From Epithemia pelagica (lineage: Eukaryota > Protista > Bacillariophyta), in the NCBI GenBank assembly GCA_946965045.2, contig OX337237.1, positions 2,170,001 to 2,234,000 of the forward strand: a DNA stretch of 64,000 bases, given 5' to 3'. How positions within the stretch are numbered: position 1 is the first letter of the stretch; each line of letters begins with the position of its first letter. The notes below the pieces were generated by a model. That model did not search any database, had not been told where the DNA came from, and was given only the letters and a program-made list of their open reading frames with translations. Below, in pieces: positions 10,161-22,456 of the stretch. The position numbers and the translations under genes were made by a program.

Positions 10161-12293
10161 ATGGCCGAACCCCCTCCTGCCGCTGCCGCTTCAGCAAGAG
10201 TCAACGACACTACCATGTCGGATAACAACTCTAGTGTTCAGTTTCGCAATGCCGAAACAACAAACGGGAACAACACTCGCACTTCTACAACAGAGAAGCA
10301 ACAGAACGCCGCCGACAAAGATGATGCAAGTGCAGCAACAGCAACGACTTCCCACCAACCGATTGTGTATGAAGGTGATGAAGAAGAATACACCATTAAA
10401 TTTGTTTCCCGCCCACAAGAGGACCAAGCTAACAACCAAGTCGCCAAGCATCACTATGCCATCTTACAGATCATCGCAAAAGTGTATCCTGAAGTAAAAA
10501 TATACGATAACCGTGGAGCACACTTGAAGGCAAAAAGGATCGAGTCATTGAAAACTTACTCTGCATACTTACGACACTTCGATTTGCATTATTCCAAAGG
10601 CAACAAGAGCAAGAATCGATCTGCGATTTACGTGGTGATACATCGATTTTTATCGCGAATTCCAATTAGTGAGGTTAGAAAACATTTCTCGGTGCAAGAA
10701 AAACTGAAATCTGGTACCGCGAAAATGACAAGGCACATGTGGAGAGAAGACGAAACGAGAATTTCGAATCTTGGATTCTTCGTTGGGTATGACCCAAGCA
10801 ACATCTTGCCAGAAGATATGCACGACATCGTCGAGAACAAGATCATTACCCAAACAGGCACGCCCAAGAAAAGGATTCCAAAATTCTGTTGCAATTACTC
10901 TTCCCCAATTCTGTATGATAAGGACACAGATGACAGATATGTGACGAAAGCATTCGACCTCCAGTGCCGGCAAAGCGACGCCAAAGCACTTTTGGACATT
11001 CTTCATGCAACCTACGTTGAAGATCCAGATTTTGTTTTCCATCGATCAAGGCATACTCACAAGCAACTATACATCAACGCAATGAAGGAACAGAATGCCT
11101 ATCTACGTGACTGCCGAATCATCCCCATCGCAGGCATACATCCCACCATTATGTGGACTTTGGGCGACAAGCTATGCGAATTCGAAGGAGTGATACGTGT
11201 TACAAAACACAAAGACAGCGATCTGAAAGGACGGTTCAACGTACATACAAGTGAACCACATTTTAATTCTCTGAAAGGACGGTTTAGGAGAGAACTTGCA
11301 TCACTTGTCCAATTTGAGAAAAACAACCAGAATTTGAATCCACAACCATACGAAGATGGAGGACCGAGACTGGCCTTCAAGATCAACAATCAAGGCAAAG
11401 AGGAAGACGAAGAGTCAGCAAATACTTCACATGCAGGTTTTTATGCGACCTACATGACCGCAATGAATGAAAGATATGCTAGTGCAGCAGAAGAATCAGA
11501 TGAAGGCTCGTTAACAAGTCCACCGGTGTCAACAGGACCAGTTACTCAAGCATGGACAAGTAGTGTACCGATCCAAACTGCCGTTGCATCTAAGACAGAT
11601 TATTCAATCAAGAGTCAAGTGAGTCAAGAAGAATACAATCGTATGAAGACAGACCTTACCTCCAAAGTCGAAGAAGTAGAAGACAAATTTCGTGCGTTTG
11701 TGGAAGAGCAACGAATGAAACAAGATCAAGAACGTGACGCTTTGGTACAATCTATTATGGCAGCAGTTCAACAACAAGTTGCGGCATCGATTCAACAACA
11801 GATGCAAATGAATCCAGCACCGGTTCCTTACTATTCACAACAACATCCATCACAACATGTTCATCATCAGCAACAGGCACCAGCTGCTCCAGGTCACCAT
11901 CCGGGAATGTACCATACTCCTCAACATCGTATGATGCCACCACCACCGATGCCACCACAACAACAGTATAATCCTCACCAAATGCCACCACAATATCAGG
12001 TACAAAACCAGCCAAGTTCGCCGTTACAGCCCCATCAGCTCCACCCAATGGATCATGAACCTGCTACTGGACATTACAACCATGAACAACAACAACAACA
12101 TGCGACAAACTATCAACAACAAATCAACCCTCCGAATAGGAGCCACAACGAAATGGGTCAACAGCCATCGAGGGACCCCCAGCAGCAGGCCACGCCAAAT
12201 CTCGACGTGAGCATGGTCCAACCAAACTCGCCCTTGCAAGCGGACGGGTCGTTGGCCGACAGAAGCATGTTTAGTCATGAGTCGAAATCTTAA
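10161..12293 (+). CDS. LINE ORF1 protein with a coiled-coil and a Q/P/H-rich C-terminal tail
   Basis: Long ORF directly upstream of ORF2. Heptad-like segment EEYNRMKTDLTSKVEEVEDKFRAFVEEQR; Q/P/H/Y-rich last ~170 aa. Confidence 0.8.
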   Translation: MAEPPPAAAASARVNDTTMSDNNSSVQFRNAETTNGNNTRTSTTEKQQNAADKDDASAATATTSHQPIVYEGDEEEYTIKFVSRPQEDQANNQVAKHHYAILQIIAKVYPEVKIYDNRGAHLKAKRIESLKTYSAYLRHFDLHYSKGNKSKNRSAIYVVIHRFLSRIPISEVRKHFSVQEKLKSGTAKMTRHMWREDETRISNLGFFVGYDPSNILPEDMHDIVENKIITQTGTPKKRIPKFCCNYSSPILYDKDTDDRYVTKAFDLQCRQSDAKALLDILHATYVEDPDFVFHRSRHTHKQLYINAMKEQNAYLRDCRIIPIAGIHPTIMWTLGDKLCEFEGVIRVTKHKDSDLKGRFNVHTSEPHFNSLKGRFRRELASLVQFEKNNQNLNPQPYEDGGPRLAFKINNQGKEEDEESANTSHAGFYATYMTAMNERYASAAEESDEGSLTSPPVSTGPVTQAWTSSVPIQTAVASKTDYSIKSQVSQEEYNRMKTDLTSKVEEVEDKFRAFVEEQRMKQDQERDALVQSIMAAVQQQVAASIQQQMQMNPAPVPYYSQQHPSQHVHHQQQAPAAPGHHPGMYHTPQHRMMPPPPMPPQQQYNPHQMPPQYQVQNQPSSPLQPHQLHPMDHEPATGHYNHEQQQQHATNYQQQINPPNRSHNEMGQQPSRDPQQQATPNLDVSMVQPNSPLQADGSLADRSMFSHESKS

Positions 12294-12345
12294 CATACCG
12301 GAGATTAACAACTACATAAACCACAATAATCACCATTTCGCAACT

Positions 12346-15300
12346 ATGCCAGAACCTACACAACAGGAGGATTTTCCTGATCAACTATTTCACGACACAC
12401 TCCAACACAATTCAACTTCACAAGAAACATTCAAATTCGACGAACCTATTGGAATACCATCACAAGAAAAAGACGAAAATACTTTTCGAGTATTTGGGAG
12501 CAATCCTAATGGACTAACTTTGGGGCATGACGGAGGAGACTTCGCAGAACTATGTTTGGAAATGAGTAACTCGCAAGTCGACTCATGGTGCATCTATGAA
12601 ACAAAATTAGACACAACACAACACAACGTGAGAAACAAACTACACAATACAATACGGAAACATACAGAGCATTCACGCATTGTCTATGGGAGCAGTTTTA
12701 TTTCAACAGTAAGAGGGCGAACTTATAAACCAGGAGGGGTATTACAAGTCACACAAGGTCAGACTACTGGACGCGTAGTGAAACAGGGACAAGATTCTAT
12801 GGGGAGATGGGCCTATCAAGTGTTTTCGTGCAGGGGCCATAAAACTTTGGCGGTGATCACTGCTTATCAAGTGTGTCAACAGGCATTAATCGATGAAACA
12901 ACGCAGAGAAGGCGCTCCTTTACTGCCTCCGCGCAACAAGTCTCGATGCTTCGACAAATGAATCGCACGTGTACTCCTCGAGAGGCATTTATCCAAGACC
13001 TAGGAGATTTTATCCAAGAAAGAACTGCGTGTAACTCAGGCATTCTACTAATCGGCGACTTCAACGAAGCACTCACAGATTCCTACTCGGGTATGTCGAA
13101 ATTATGCTCCGATAATAACTTACAAGACCTTATGTGGCAATTACTTGGGACCACTGACTTCGGAACCCATGCAAAAGGCCGAGAACGAATCGATTATGTC
13201 TTGTGCAGCGACTGGGTGGCTGCAGCTGTCAAGAATGGATACTACGAAGCATTCGGATACCGCCCAAAGGGAGATCACCGCAACATCATTATAGATTTTG
13301 ATATGGAAAAACTTTTTGGAAACCGCACTCAACCACTGGGACCAATCTCCAGTCGCAATTTCACGAGCCAAGACAAATCTTCCAATAGGAAGTATATTGA
13401 AGCGAAGCATCGATACTGTCGTGATCACAATTTCGCACAGAGACTAGCAGCATTAAAAGAAGAATGGGACCCCGATGAAGCCGAAAAACTAGACAAAGAC
13501 TGGCAACGAGCTGGCGAGTACGCAGCGAAACAATGTTCCAAAAAGCCCAGAAGTGTTCCTTATGTTGCAGAACTGGCCAAATGACAACAACGAAAGAACT
13601 TACTGCTGAAACTGATTTCAGCTGCCAAGCTGAAAAAGTCTTTTGATGCGGGCATAGCACATCTGACAACGAATGGCTACCAAGGCGGATTCCCTTCAAC
13701 AATGACAGAAAGTCAAACAGAATGTCGCGTCACACAACAGAAGATTAAAGCTATGACAAAGACAGCTATATACAGAAGGCAAAACGAGCTAAAGATAGCT
13801 TTACAAGAAGCGATTGATTGTGGAGACAAACAACAATCAAAAGCTCTCAAGCATAGGATTTCTGCTGAAAGAACAAAAGCGATGTATGCAAAACTGCGGC
13901 AATGTCGTGAGAATCCAAAAGCCAGAATAACAAGATTGGACGTTCCATCAGACAGTACGAACACTGACTACAATAACTGTTCTAGTTCTTGGATCACCAT
14001 CGATACTCCATCAGAAATTGAAGAACGTTTACTTCAGCGTAACCGCAAACACTTCGGACAAGCTGATGGCACTTTTCCGACCACGCCTCCGTTTTCGGAG
14101 TGGTGTGACTGGGGAGCGTCGACACATACGGCCGAATTGATTCTAGAAGGCGACTGGCAATCTGATGAGTTGACTGACATGCAACAATGCTTGATCAACC
14201 ATATGAAAGCGCGAGTTGCATTGGACACAATCTCGAGTACAATAAGCACTGAAGAATGGGTGGGAAAAATTCGCTCGTGGCCCGAATCTACAACAACTTC
14301 TCCATCTGGCTTCCACCTTGGACATAGTAAGGCACTTATCTCCGGTCACGATCTTGACCCCCAATCACCCGAGAGCGAATTGCTCGAGCACCAAAGATCT
14401 GAGTTAATCGAATGGCAAGTGGCTCTACTGAATTGCGCCTTATCCAACCAATATTCCTTCACAAGATGGCAGCACATAGTGAATGTCATGATTCTAAAAG
14501 AGTCAGGCGACTTGAGAATCCACCGCTTACGTGTAATCCATCTCTATGAACAAGATTACAACCTTGTTCTGGCTATCAAGTGGCAAAAAATGATTCAGCT
14601 ATGTACCAATCATCAAGTGTTGCATCCCACACAGTTTGGCGGCATTCCTGGACGTGACGCTATTATTCCGACTCTTTGCGAAGAGTTTCAATACGAGATA
14701 TCAAGAGCGAGCAAACGACCGCTTGTACATCTAGATTATGACGCCACTGCGTGTTATGATCGGATTATTCTTTCATTTGGCAGTTTAGCCTCAAGAAGCT
14801 TCGGACAGAACAGGTCTATTGTGTTCATCAATGCGCGAACACTTGAACAAGCCAAGTATTATTTGAAGACACAATTAGGGATGTCAGAACGCTTCTATAA
14901 GCACTGTACTTTATACCCTATCTACGGTTCTGGACAAGGTGCAGGGAACTCCCCGGCTATTTGGTGCGTGGTGTCCAGCATTCTCTTTGAAACATACGAG
15001 GAAGGTGCCCATGGAGCTTCTTTTGAATCACCACACGGTTCGGATAAAACTAAGGTGTACATGATCGGTTTCGTTGACTATACGAGCGGAAGTGCCGACG
15101 ACTTTCGACGCCCATCTCGTGCTCCTCTCGCCCATTATATTTCCAAGGCCCAAGATGATGCGCAACGTTGGAATGACGTGCTTGCCTTGTCCGGTGGTGC
15201 ACTAAACCCTCAGAAATGCTCATACCACTTCATGTACTATGATTTTAGTATTGATGGTCTTCCCTTGCTTCAAGCCGGCACATTTGGTCCAACCATTACA

Positions 15301-18036
15301 ATCACTTTCAATGATGGCGCTCAAGGCTCGCAACTGACCCAGTTGTCAGCGTACAAAAGTCACAAGACGCTAGGTGTTCAGAAATCGCCTCATGCTACAA
15401 ACAAAGGACTATATTTCGCTTTGGCTAAACGTAACAACAGTCACACAAGGACCATGGCTCGTAGCCCCTTCAGCAGGACTGATGCGTGGGCATATTATCA
15501 TGCTATCTACTTGCTCAGCATGTGTTACCCATTTCCTTCCTCAACTATCTCGGATTCATTTTGCACAGCACTTCAACGCCAATTCAAGAAAGCTTTCTTA
15601 CCCAAGTATGGTTTCAACAGAAATATGCCCAACGCTGTGGTTTATGGACCGTCTGAACTTGGTGGGATCGGCCTTCGCACTTTATCTGTCGAACGAGGCA
15701 TAGCTCAAGTCTACCATTTTTTGGCTTGTATCCGTTCCAAAGGAGTTCAACATGAACTTGCAAAAATCATGGTTTCTTGGGGTCAATTTCTCGCTGGTAC
15801 TGGAATCCCTGTTTTAGAAGACGTGCACACGAATCTACCGCATATGGAGCCAATGCAATGGCTACCTCAGATGCGCTCCTTTTTATCAACAGTGGATTGC
15901 CGGATTGAACTTGAGCAGACATTCGTCCCAGATCTTCAACGGGAACAAGATTCTTTTTTGATGGATTTGGCTCTTGCCTTTACCACGTCTCCAACAGACT
16001 TGAAACTGATTAATGCTTGTCGTCTCTACCTTGGAGTGACTTTTGTCAGTGACATTTCTAGCCCTGAGGGGTCAATCATCACTCGTGCTGCATATGACGG
16101 TCGTCTGGATATTCTCACGCAGCATCGCGGCCTTATCCCCTACCAACGAAGACCTGGTCCAAAATCCTGGACAAAGTGGCGTAATTTCTTGAATAGTCTT
16201 CTCAGCTCGACTCAACAGCGACGCTTGACCCAACCACTCGGCAAATGGTACTTTGGTGGATCGTCAACTTATCGGAATTGGTTATCCTATCTAGACCGTC
16301 CGTCTTCCCGTTTATTCGTCTCGGCCCCGAATGGTCAATGGCTGGAATATCGTTACTATGGCATGGCCTTTTGGCCCACTACAACACTACACCCTACCGT
16401 CCCACCTACTGCTTGCCCAGCTCAGACGCTTTCGACTGGTCCAGCGAAGATCATGTCCTCCAGCCATTATGTGTTACCACGCACCATTACACCGCCGCCA
16501 CGCTCTCTGAGTGAACATATGGCTCAACTACCTTCTTGGGAACGCTCCCTTTGCACACAGTGCACTGCTCTGTGCTCGATTGATGATCTCGCTACTTTTC
16601 TACAATCGAGTTCTCCACTGTTGGTTAGCAGTGATGGTTCTGCCGGTTCTTTTGTTGGCACATTTGGCTGCGTTTGCTCAACTGACACTGGACAGCGACT
16701 ATTTCGACTTCATGGTCCTGCGCCTGGTTACAAAACGTCCTCATTCCGTGCGGAATGTTACGCATTTTTAGCCATTCTACGGTATTTGATACAATCATGC
16801 CAGTTTCTAAGTTGCTCTCTACCTATCTCTCTTCAGATGTTTACTGAGAGTCTGGTCAAGACGATTCAGAAAAGGATGGAATGGTTCGTTGAGTTTCCAT
16901 ATTCTACAATGACGGCAGATTGGGACTTGCAACAGGCGATTTCTCGGTCGCTTCGACAGTTCGCAGACCTTCCCCATATTTGTCATATCAAAGGTCATCA
17001 AGATCAAGCACAAGCATACTCGACTTTACCGTTACCAGCCCAACTCAATGTCGACGCTGATCATGCAGCAGCCGATTATTCTTATCCTTCACGAGTCTCT
17101 CCGTGCCTTGCACCCATCACAGCGGGATGTCACGCATTGCTCCACAGCGCGGACGGATCGATTAACTCCAATTACCGTGCTATTCTGCGAAGGTTAGCTA
17201 CCTTTGAGACCCTCCGCGAATATCATTGTACTAAATATGACTGGTCCGAAGCCGTGTTCGATTCTGTTGATTGGACTGCTCATGGTCGCGCATTGAATTC
17301 TAATTTCTCTCGTCGCCACTTTTTGGTAAAATTCCTTCATGATTGGCTCCCTCTGGGCTACCTGAAATTTCGATACGCCGCCTATTACGACGATGCTTGT
17401 CCCCTTTGTTCTAATACTCTCGAGACTCGGTCTCATTTTCTTCAGTGTCCCAACCGGGACTGGTTTGAATCTCTCGCTAACAATCTACGGTCGAAACGGA
17501 ATGACCTCGAGTTCGATCCCTTTCTTCGGACTCTGCTTCTAGAGTTTCTCCGTTCTTTTCTTCGCAACACCACTCCATCTTTCCCCCCTGTACCTCATGC
17601 TTACCAAGGTGCTATTCTCTCACAGCTAACCATCGGGCATGAGCAACTGTTTCTTGGCCGTTTTTCTTCTCAATGGGCACATCTCCAAGACGCCTACTTA
17701 CAACGCGTTTCTCTCTCTTCTCCGTTCTTCTCTGGCACTGGTATCATCACCGCTACCATCAATATCATATGGCTTCATGTGTTCAATCTCTGGCTCCGCC
17801 GTAATCAAGATCTTCATGGTGACTCCCCCGAAACTATTGAGACTGCCGAGTATGCCCAAGCCAAGCGTGAAGTCCTTGCCCTCTATGCCCTCAAAGATAA
17901 AGTTCAAGCTTCCGATGTTATCCTTTTCTACGACACTCCGGAACTCCATTTCTCCATCGATACCACCTCACTCGCTCTTCGTCACTGGCTCAACACATGG
18001 CGACCTGTTATACTTCGGTCTGCTTCTTCCCCGTGA
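12346..18036 (+). pseudogene. LINE ORF2 (AP endonuclease, RT, RNase H, C-terminal Cys/His motif) with a premature stop
   Basis: APE motifs SNPNG, YETK, GDFNE, RIDY, DH. One in-frame TGA at 13582-13584. RT motifs DATACYD and GQGAGNSP; the catalytic motif reads FVDY versus FVDD in copy 2. RNase H motifs SDGS, RAE, KGHQD, DADH; CPLC..HFLQC. Confidence 0.9.
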
Positions 18037-18162
18037 TTTCTTACACCCCAAAGTACTGTTAGGCGAGTTTCTAGGCCGGGCGCGTCGGTCGACGGCACCC
18101 TAGCGGGTCCGCGCGGCAGCGTTAAAATAGACTGTAACTTTTTTTTTGGGGGGGGGGGGGGG

Positions 18163-18294
18163 TGTTCGTAACAAGAAGATTAGTAATTATACCTAACGTA
18201 ACGTGTATCATGCAAAAGTAGTAAACCAGTAAACGGTAATTCCCCCAAAGATACTCTCCAACATCCGGGTAACCCCACCGACCCGAATGAAACA
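18163..18294 (-). repeat. 3' LTR (132 bp)
   Basis: TG...CA ends. Matches 24407-24537 with two internal substitutions and lacks 10 bp near the U5 end relative to the 5' LTR. Confidence 0.92.
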
Positions 18295-18313
18295 GTCCCC
18301 GCAAAGTGTACAA

Positions 18314-21300
18314 TCACACCTGTTGTTCGCTTTGTTCCCCCGCATCTGGATGAGTGGTGGGGGGCCCCGCATTTCCGAAGGCTGAAGAGTATGTAAATTG
18401 CGATATCAAGTCATTGCGCCGAGAACGCGGCAACAACTTGGTGAATAAGTTGGCGAGATTAGTTTCGGTGTCTTCCTTCCCGACTCGAATAATGCCAGCA
18501 GCAGCCGCTTCCCGCACAGCGTGGTAATTTATTGCGTTGTGTTTCTTGTTCAACACAGAAGATGGGACGCTAGTGTTCTTCACCACACCGCCGTTGTCAC
18601 AAAGAACGTTTGCGGCCCCGACGATTGGTACGCCAAACATCCGAAGCTTGTACCTCATCCCAACAATCAACTCTTTGGCAATGCGCATTGCCACAAATTC
18701 ACTGCCGAAGCTCGAAGTTTCCACCGTGTTCTGACGTTTGGAGAACCACAGGATCGGTGCATTTTGCATCATTATCAAGATTCCCGAGTGGAACCACCTG
18801 GTGACGACGTTGCCAGCATGGTCAGCGTCCACTAAACACGTGATCGTAACCGGATTCCCCAGTGGCTCGGGCATGTCCGCTGGAATTTGTTCCGCTACGT
18901 CCCCGTAGAACTCCTTCCATTCATCCATCGGTGCCTGTGAAAAACATGCCTCGTCCAGTATCACCTCCTTCGGATCGAACACGAGTTTGAGTTTGGCATG
19001 CTTCTTGAGGAACGCGAAGATCGAGTATACCGCCTCGAGGTGACCCTTGCGGGGATTTGCCAGATATTGAGACATGATACCTCGAGGTATACATCGACGC
19101 GTCCGAGCTCCACAGCCCACCGTAATATGCCAATCAACTGCTGGTACCTTGCCCTCAGTGTTTCTCCCAACTCCTCTGTCGTATCCAATTCCGGTTTGTA
19201 CGATGTCTCGATTGGCACTCGGGCGGTCGTCTTGAGGTGCCGGCCGTCCCCGTCTTCCTTGAGCAATTGTTCGACTATCCTTATTGCATTGTTCACGTAC
19301 TTTTCGCTCGACATACCCCAGGCACTACTACCGTCTGGTAGGTTGTGACGATAAACCTGCGCGCCCAAGTATGTTGATGGTGGACCAATGCTTCCCTTCT
19401 TGATCTTATAAAGCTTGTCTATCTCCTCGAATACCGGCTTTGGTTTGTCGCTGACCAACAGTAGGTCATCCACGTAGACCAAGATAAGCTCGTAGTAAGG
19501 CTCACCACTTGCCCGTTGCTTCTTTCTCCTTAATACGCAAGGGTCTGCCCTGGTATCGACAAATCCCATGTCATATAGCGTATTCAATAGTGTTGCGCGC
19601 CAACTCGCTCCGGACGATTTCAGTCCATATAATGCCCGGACCATAACACATACTTTGCCCTGAAACTCTGCACCGACTTCTGCTCCGCCCAAAAACCAAA
19701 TCTTTTCCCGACATGGTGCGTTTAAGTACGCATTCCCGATGTCACAAGCCAACACATCTAGGTCATTCAACGCTGCGATCAGAAACGCCACACGGATTGA
19801 GTCCCGGCTTACGACGCTGGAGTACGTTAAACTTGCCGGTGCATCCGTCATGTGCCCACCGGCAACTAGTCTAGCTTTCCGTGTCAAGTCCATCTTGACG
19901 TCAAACACCATGTGGCATTTGATCTCGGTGTAGCCTATCAACTGTCGCCCCGCTCGCACCTCCGCGAGCACGAGGTCGTCCCGTGCCTCCCACGCAATCT
20001 TGACGACGCCTAGCTCCTTCGCGATCGCGTCCCGCCAGAACGTCGTACCCGTTTCCTTGTCCAGTTGCAGAGCCTCTTCAACGGAATGGGGCAGTCGCAC
20101 CCCATACTTGTGCGTTAACTTCCAGTATTTTTTCTGTTTCTTCTTTTTCCCGACCACTCTATTTATTATCCGTCTTTTGTGGTTCATAACCTGTGGCACC
20201 CACCAATGAAACGCTGGCTCTTGCTCCAACCCTTGTGCTATTATATACTCCGCGACCTCTATCGGGTAGCCATCCTTTGCTTCTCGCAGCGGTATCCAGG
20301 ACTGTGATCCGTCCTTCCATTCAATTGCCAGTTCCCAACCTTTCGTCGTCCTTTTTGGTACTCGGTTTCCATTCTTGGACACAACGAACCCGTCCTCTCT
20401 ACTCACGGCGTCCCCGTTTTTCCTGTGTCCCACGATCTCTTTCATGATGGCAAACTGTCTCCCTTGGTCATCTATCTGCGAGTACAGAGACTCGGCTATT
20501 ACGTTCGCCGTGTATTCGTGTACCACGCCGCCTGGGAAGCTCACCTCGTAAGCTCTGTCGTCGAATATTGGATTTCTGTGCTTCGTACCAATCGGCTTTC
20601 CGTCTAACCCTTTCTTCCTTTTTACCACGGTTCCAAGAAGCTTCTCCCCTCCCACGTCCAATTGAATTTGAGCTCCCAGGTAGTTGTCGTACTCTTCCTC
20701 CAGGTCTTCCACGTCAGGTTTTTCCTCTTGAATCATCTTTCCATATTCCTCGTCCGTTGGAACGACACCCTTTTGAACATGATCTTCGGGCAATGGCTGC
20801 AAATCTTCGAGGAACCCTGGCCCCATGCTTTCCCAATCCGTAAAATTTCGATCATCCAGTCTATTCTCAACAATCATCCTAAATTCCCGAATCCTTTCCG
20901 CCATCCGCGGCTCGGCCTGTTCCTCTGCCGTTACATGTTGCACAGTAGTTCTAGCCAAGACCTTGCCAGACTTGGTAAGCACCCAATAACACATGTCGCT
21001 CCCGATCTTGTGCGCGATTCCCAACCAAAAACCCAGGTGCCTCTGTTCCTCAGCCGTATCCGCTTTGGAGTTGTCGTGGTACCAAACGAGGTCGAAAAAG
21101 GAGAAGTCGAGCCACTCCGATATATCTGGTGTGTCACCAGTGAGTCGCTCCAAACCGGAACGGTTGTCCTGTCCCCGTGCGACGCGACTGAGAATGCCAG
21201 ATTCATGGGCGAGACCGTAGTCCCAAAGACGGCGTGGAACCCGACAATCAACCATGCGACGATGCCATCGCTGTTTCAAAACGCCGATCGCACGTTCCCG

Positions 21301-22444
21301 CGCGGTGGTTTTGTTTGCTAGTACCCTTCTCGGCCCATTTGAGATCGATACGGTGAAACCGTGCCAGTTTCGTGAACTGTGTCTTGGGACCAGTCTGCTC
21401 ACCAGCAAGGTCCGCAGTAAGACCATCAGGTACACCAACCTCATCAATGAACTTGGCAAGACTCTGCCCGACATCAGCTTTCGATGTTAACGGGTATACA
21501 GCCGTAAATTGGCCATCCGTGAACACTTGCGCGCACTTGTTTCCAGCCAAGGAGGTGGTTCGAGAAAATAGTGTGTCCGTATAAAACCGAGTGTTCAATC
21601 GGTGTCTGTGTAAAGCCAAGTTATCCACCCGATACCGTCTCGTAATAGGGTTGATAGCAGTGCGGATACCTTGTTGGGTGGTCACTCGGAGCGTTCGTCG
21701 TGCGGATTCCAGTCCAATCATCCATTTCTTACTGAGATTTTCTGGGGAAATTGACGAATGACGGTCAGTCGTAATATTTCTCACATGGCGCTCATCGGCG
21801 AGTCTCTGAGCCATAAGTCGCGGGTCGCACGCACTGGACACCAGTCCAATTTCTAACGCGATGTCTTCATGCGCGTCATCGTAGGGGTCACGACTTGGCA
21901 TAGCAAGATCGACCGAACGCGGGTCCCATACCTCCTGGCGTGTCAACGTAATGGCTGGTAACGTCTCGATCTCGTGACTGGTGGGCGCACGTGACTCGAA
22001 AAAGATCGTGGTTCCCCGCATTTCAAACGGAATGTGCAATCCTTCTGCCACTATACCGAATCCTTCATCTTCCTGACGAGTTGGATCATCGCGAACCGAA
22101 TGACCAGCGTACCGGATTTGATTCTGGTTTAACAAAGTTTTCCTTAAAGAACTACCAAACCAGAGCATTTGATGCCCAATCAGTATATATTCCGCCCCCG
22201 ATACCTTGTCTCTGATGCATGTTGCACATGTGGCAATCGGTACGTGTCGAGATGCTGCCTGCTTTCCCATGAAGTCACTAACCTTGCACTCCATTCCCAT
22301 GGTTTCGACTAAAGTCCAGTTTATTCCGGCACACGAAGTGTCTGCCATAGTATCCATTTCATTGTTCCCGATTGTGCCAACATGACAATCCACCGTATAT
22401 TCCACTTGCCCAATGGCCACTTGCCTCGGGCCGCATATGACCAT
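18314..22444 (-). pseudogene. copia pol (protease, integrase, RT, RNase H) broken by two frameshifts
   Basis: Protease DTMADTSCAG; integrase FYTDTLF...ERAIG; RT KARLVAGGH, DIGNAYL, LYGLKSSG, YVDDLL; RNase H DADHAG, SSFGSEF, DNGGV. Frameshifts near 21300 and 19075. Confidence 0.9.
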
Positions 22445-22456
22445 GGACGCCTGGCG

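Larger units (their letters stand above)
10024..18147 (+). mobile_element. Full-length two-ORF non-LTR retrotransposon (APE-RT-RNase H; Ambal-like by architecture), inactivated
   Basis: ORF1 plus ORF2 with endonuclease, RT, RNase H and Cys/His motifs; ~110-bp 3' UTR ending in T9. The 5' boundary is uncertain, and the clade assignment needs an RT phylogeny. Confidence 0.85.

Noticed and set aside
13582-13584. Selenocysteine or alternative-code TGA in LINE ORF2
   Set aside because: Host genes use TGA as a normal stop, the site is in a linker, and the copy has another lesion.
18074-18130. HDV-like ribozyme reading of the LINE 3' element
   Set aside because: The topology is reminiscent, but the L3 loop lacks the YCC needed for P1.1, and cleavage there would remove the element's own 3' end.
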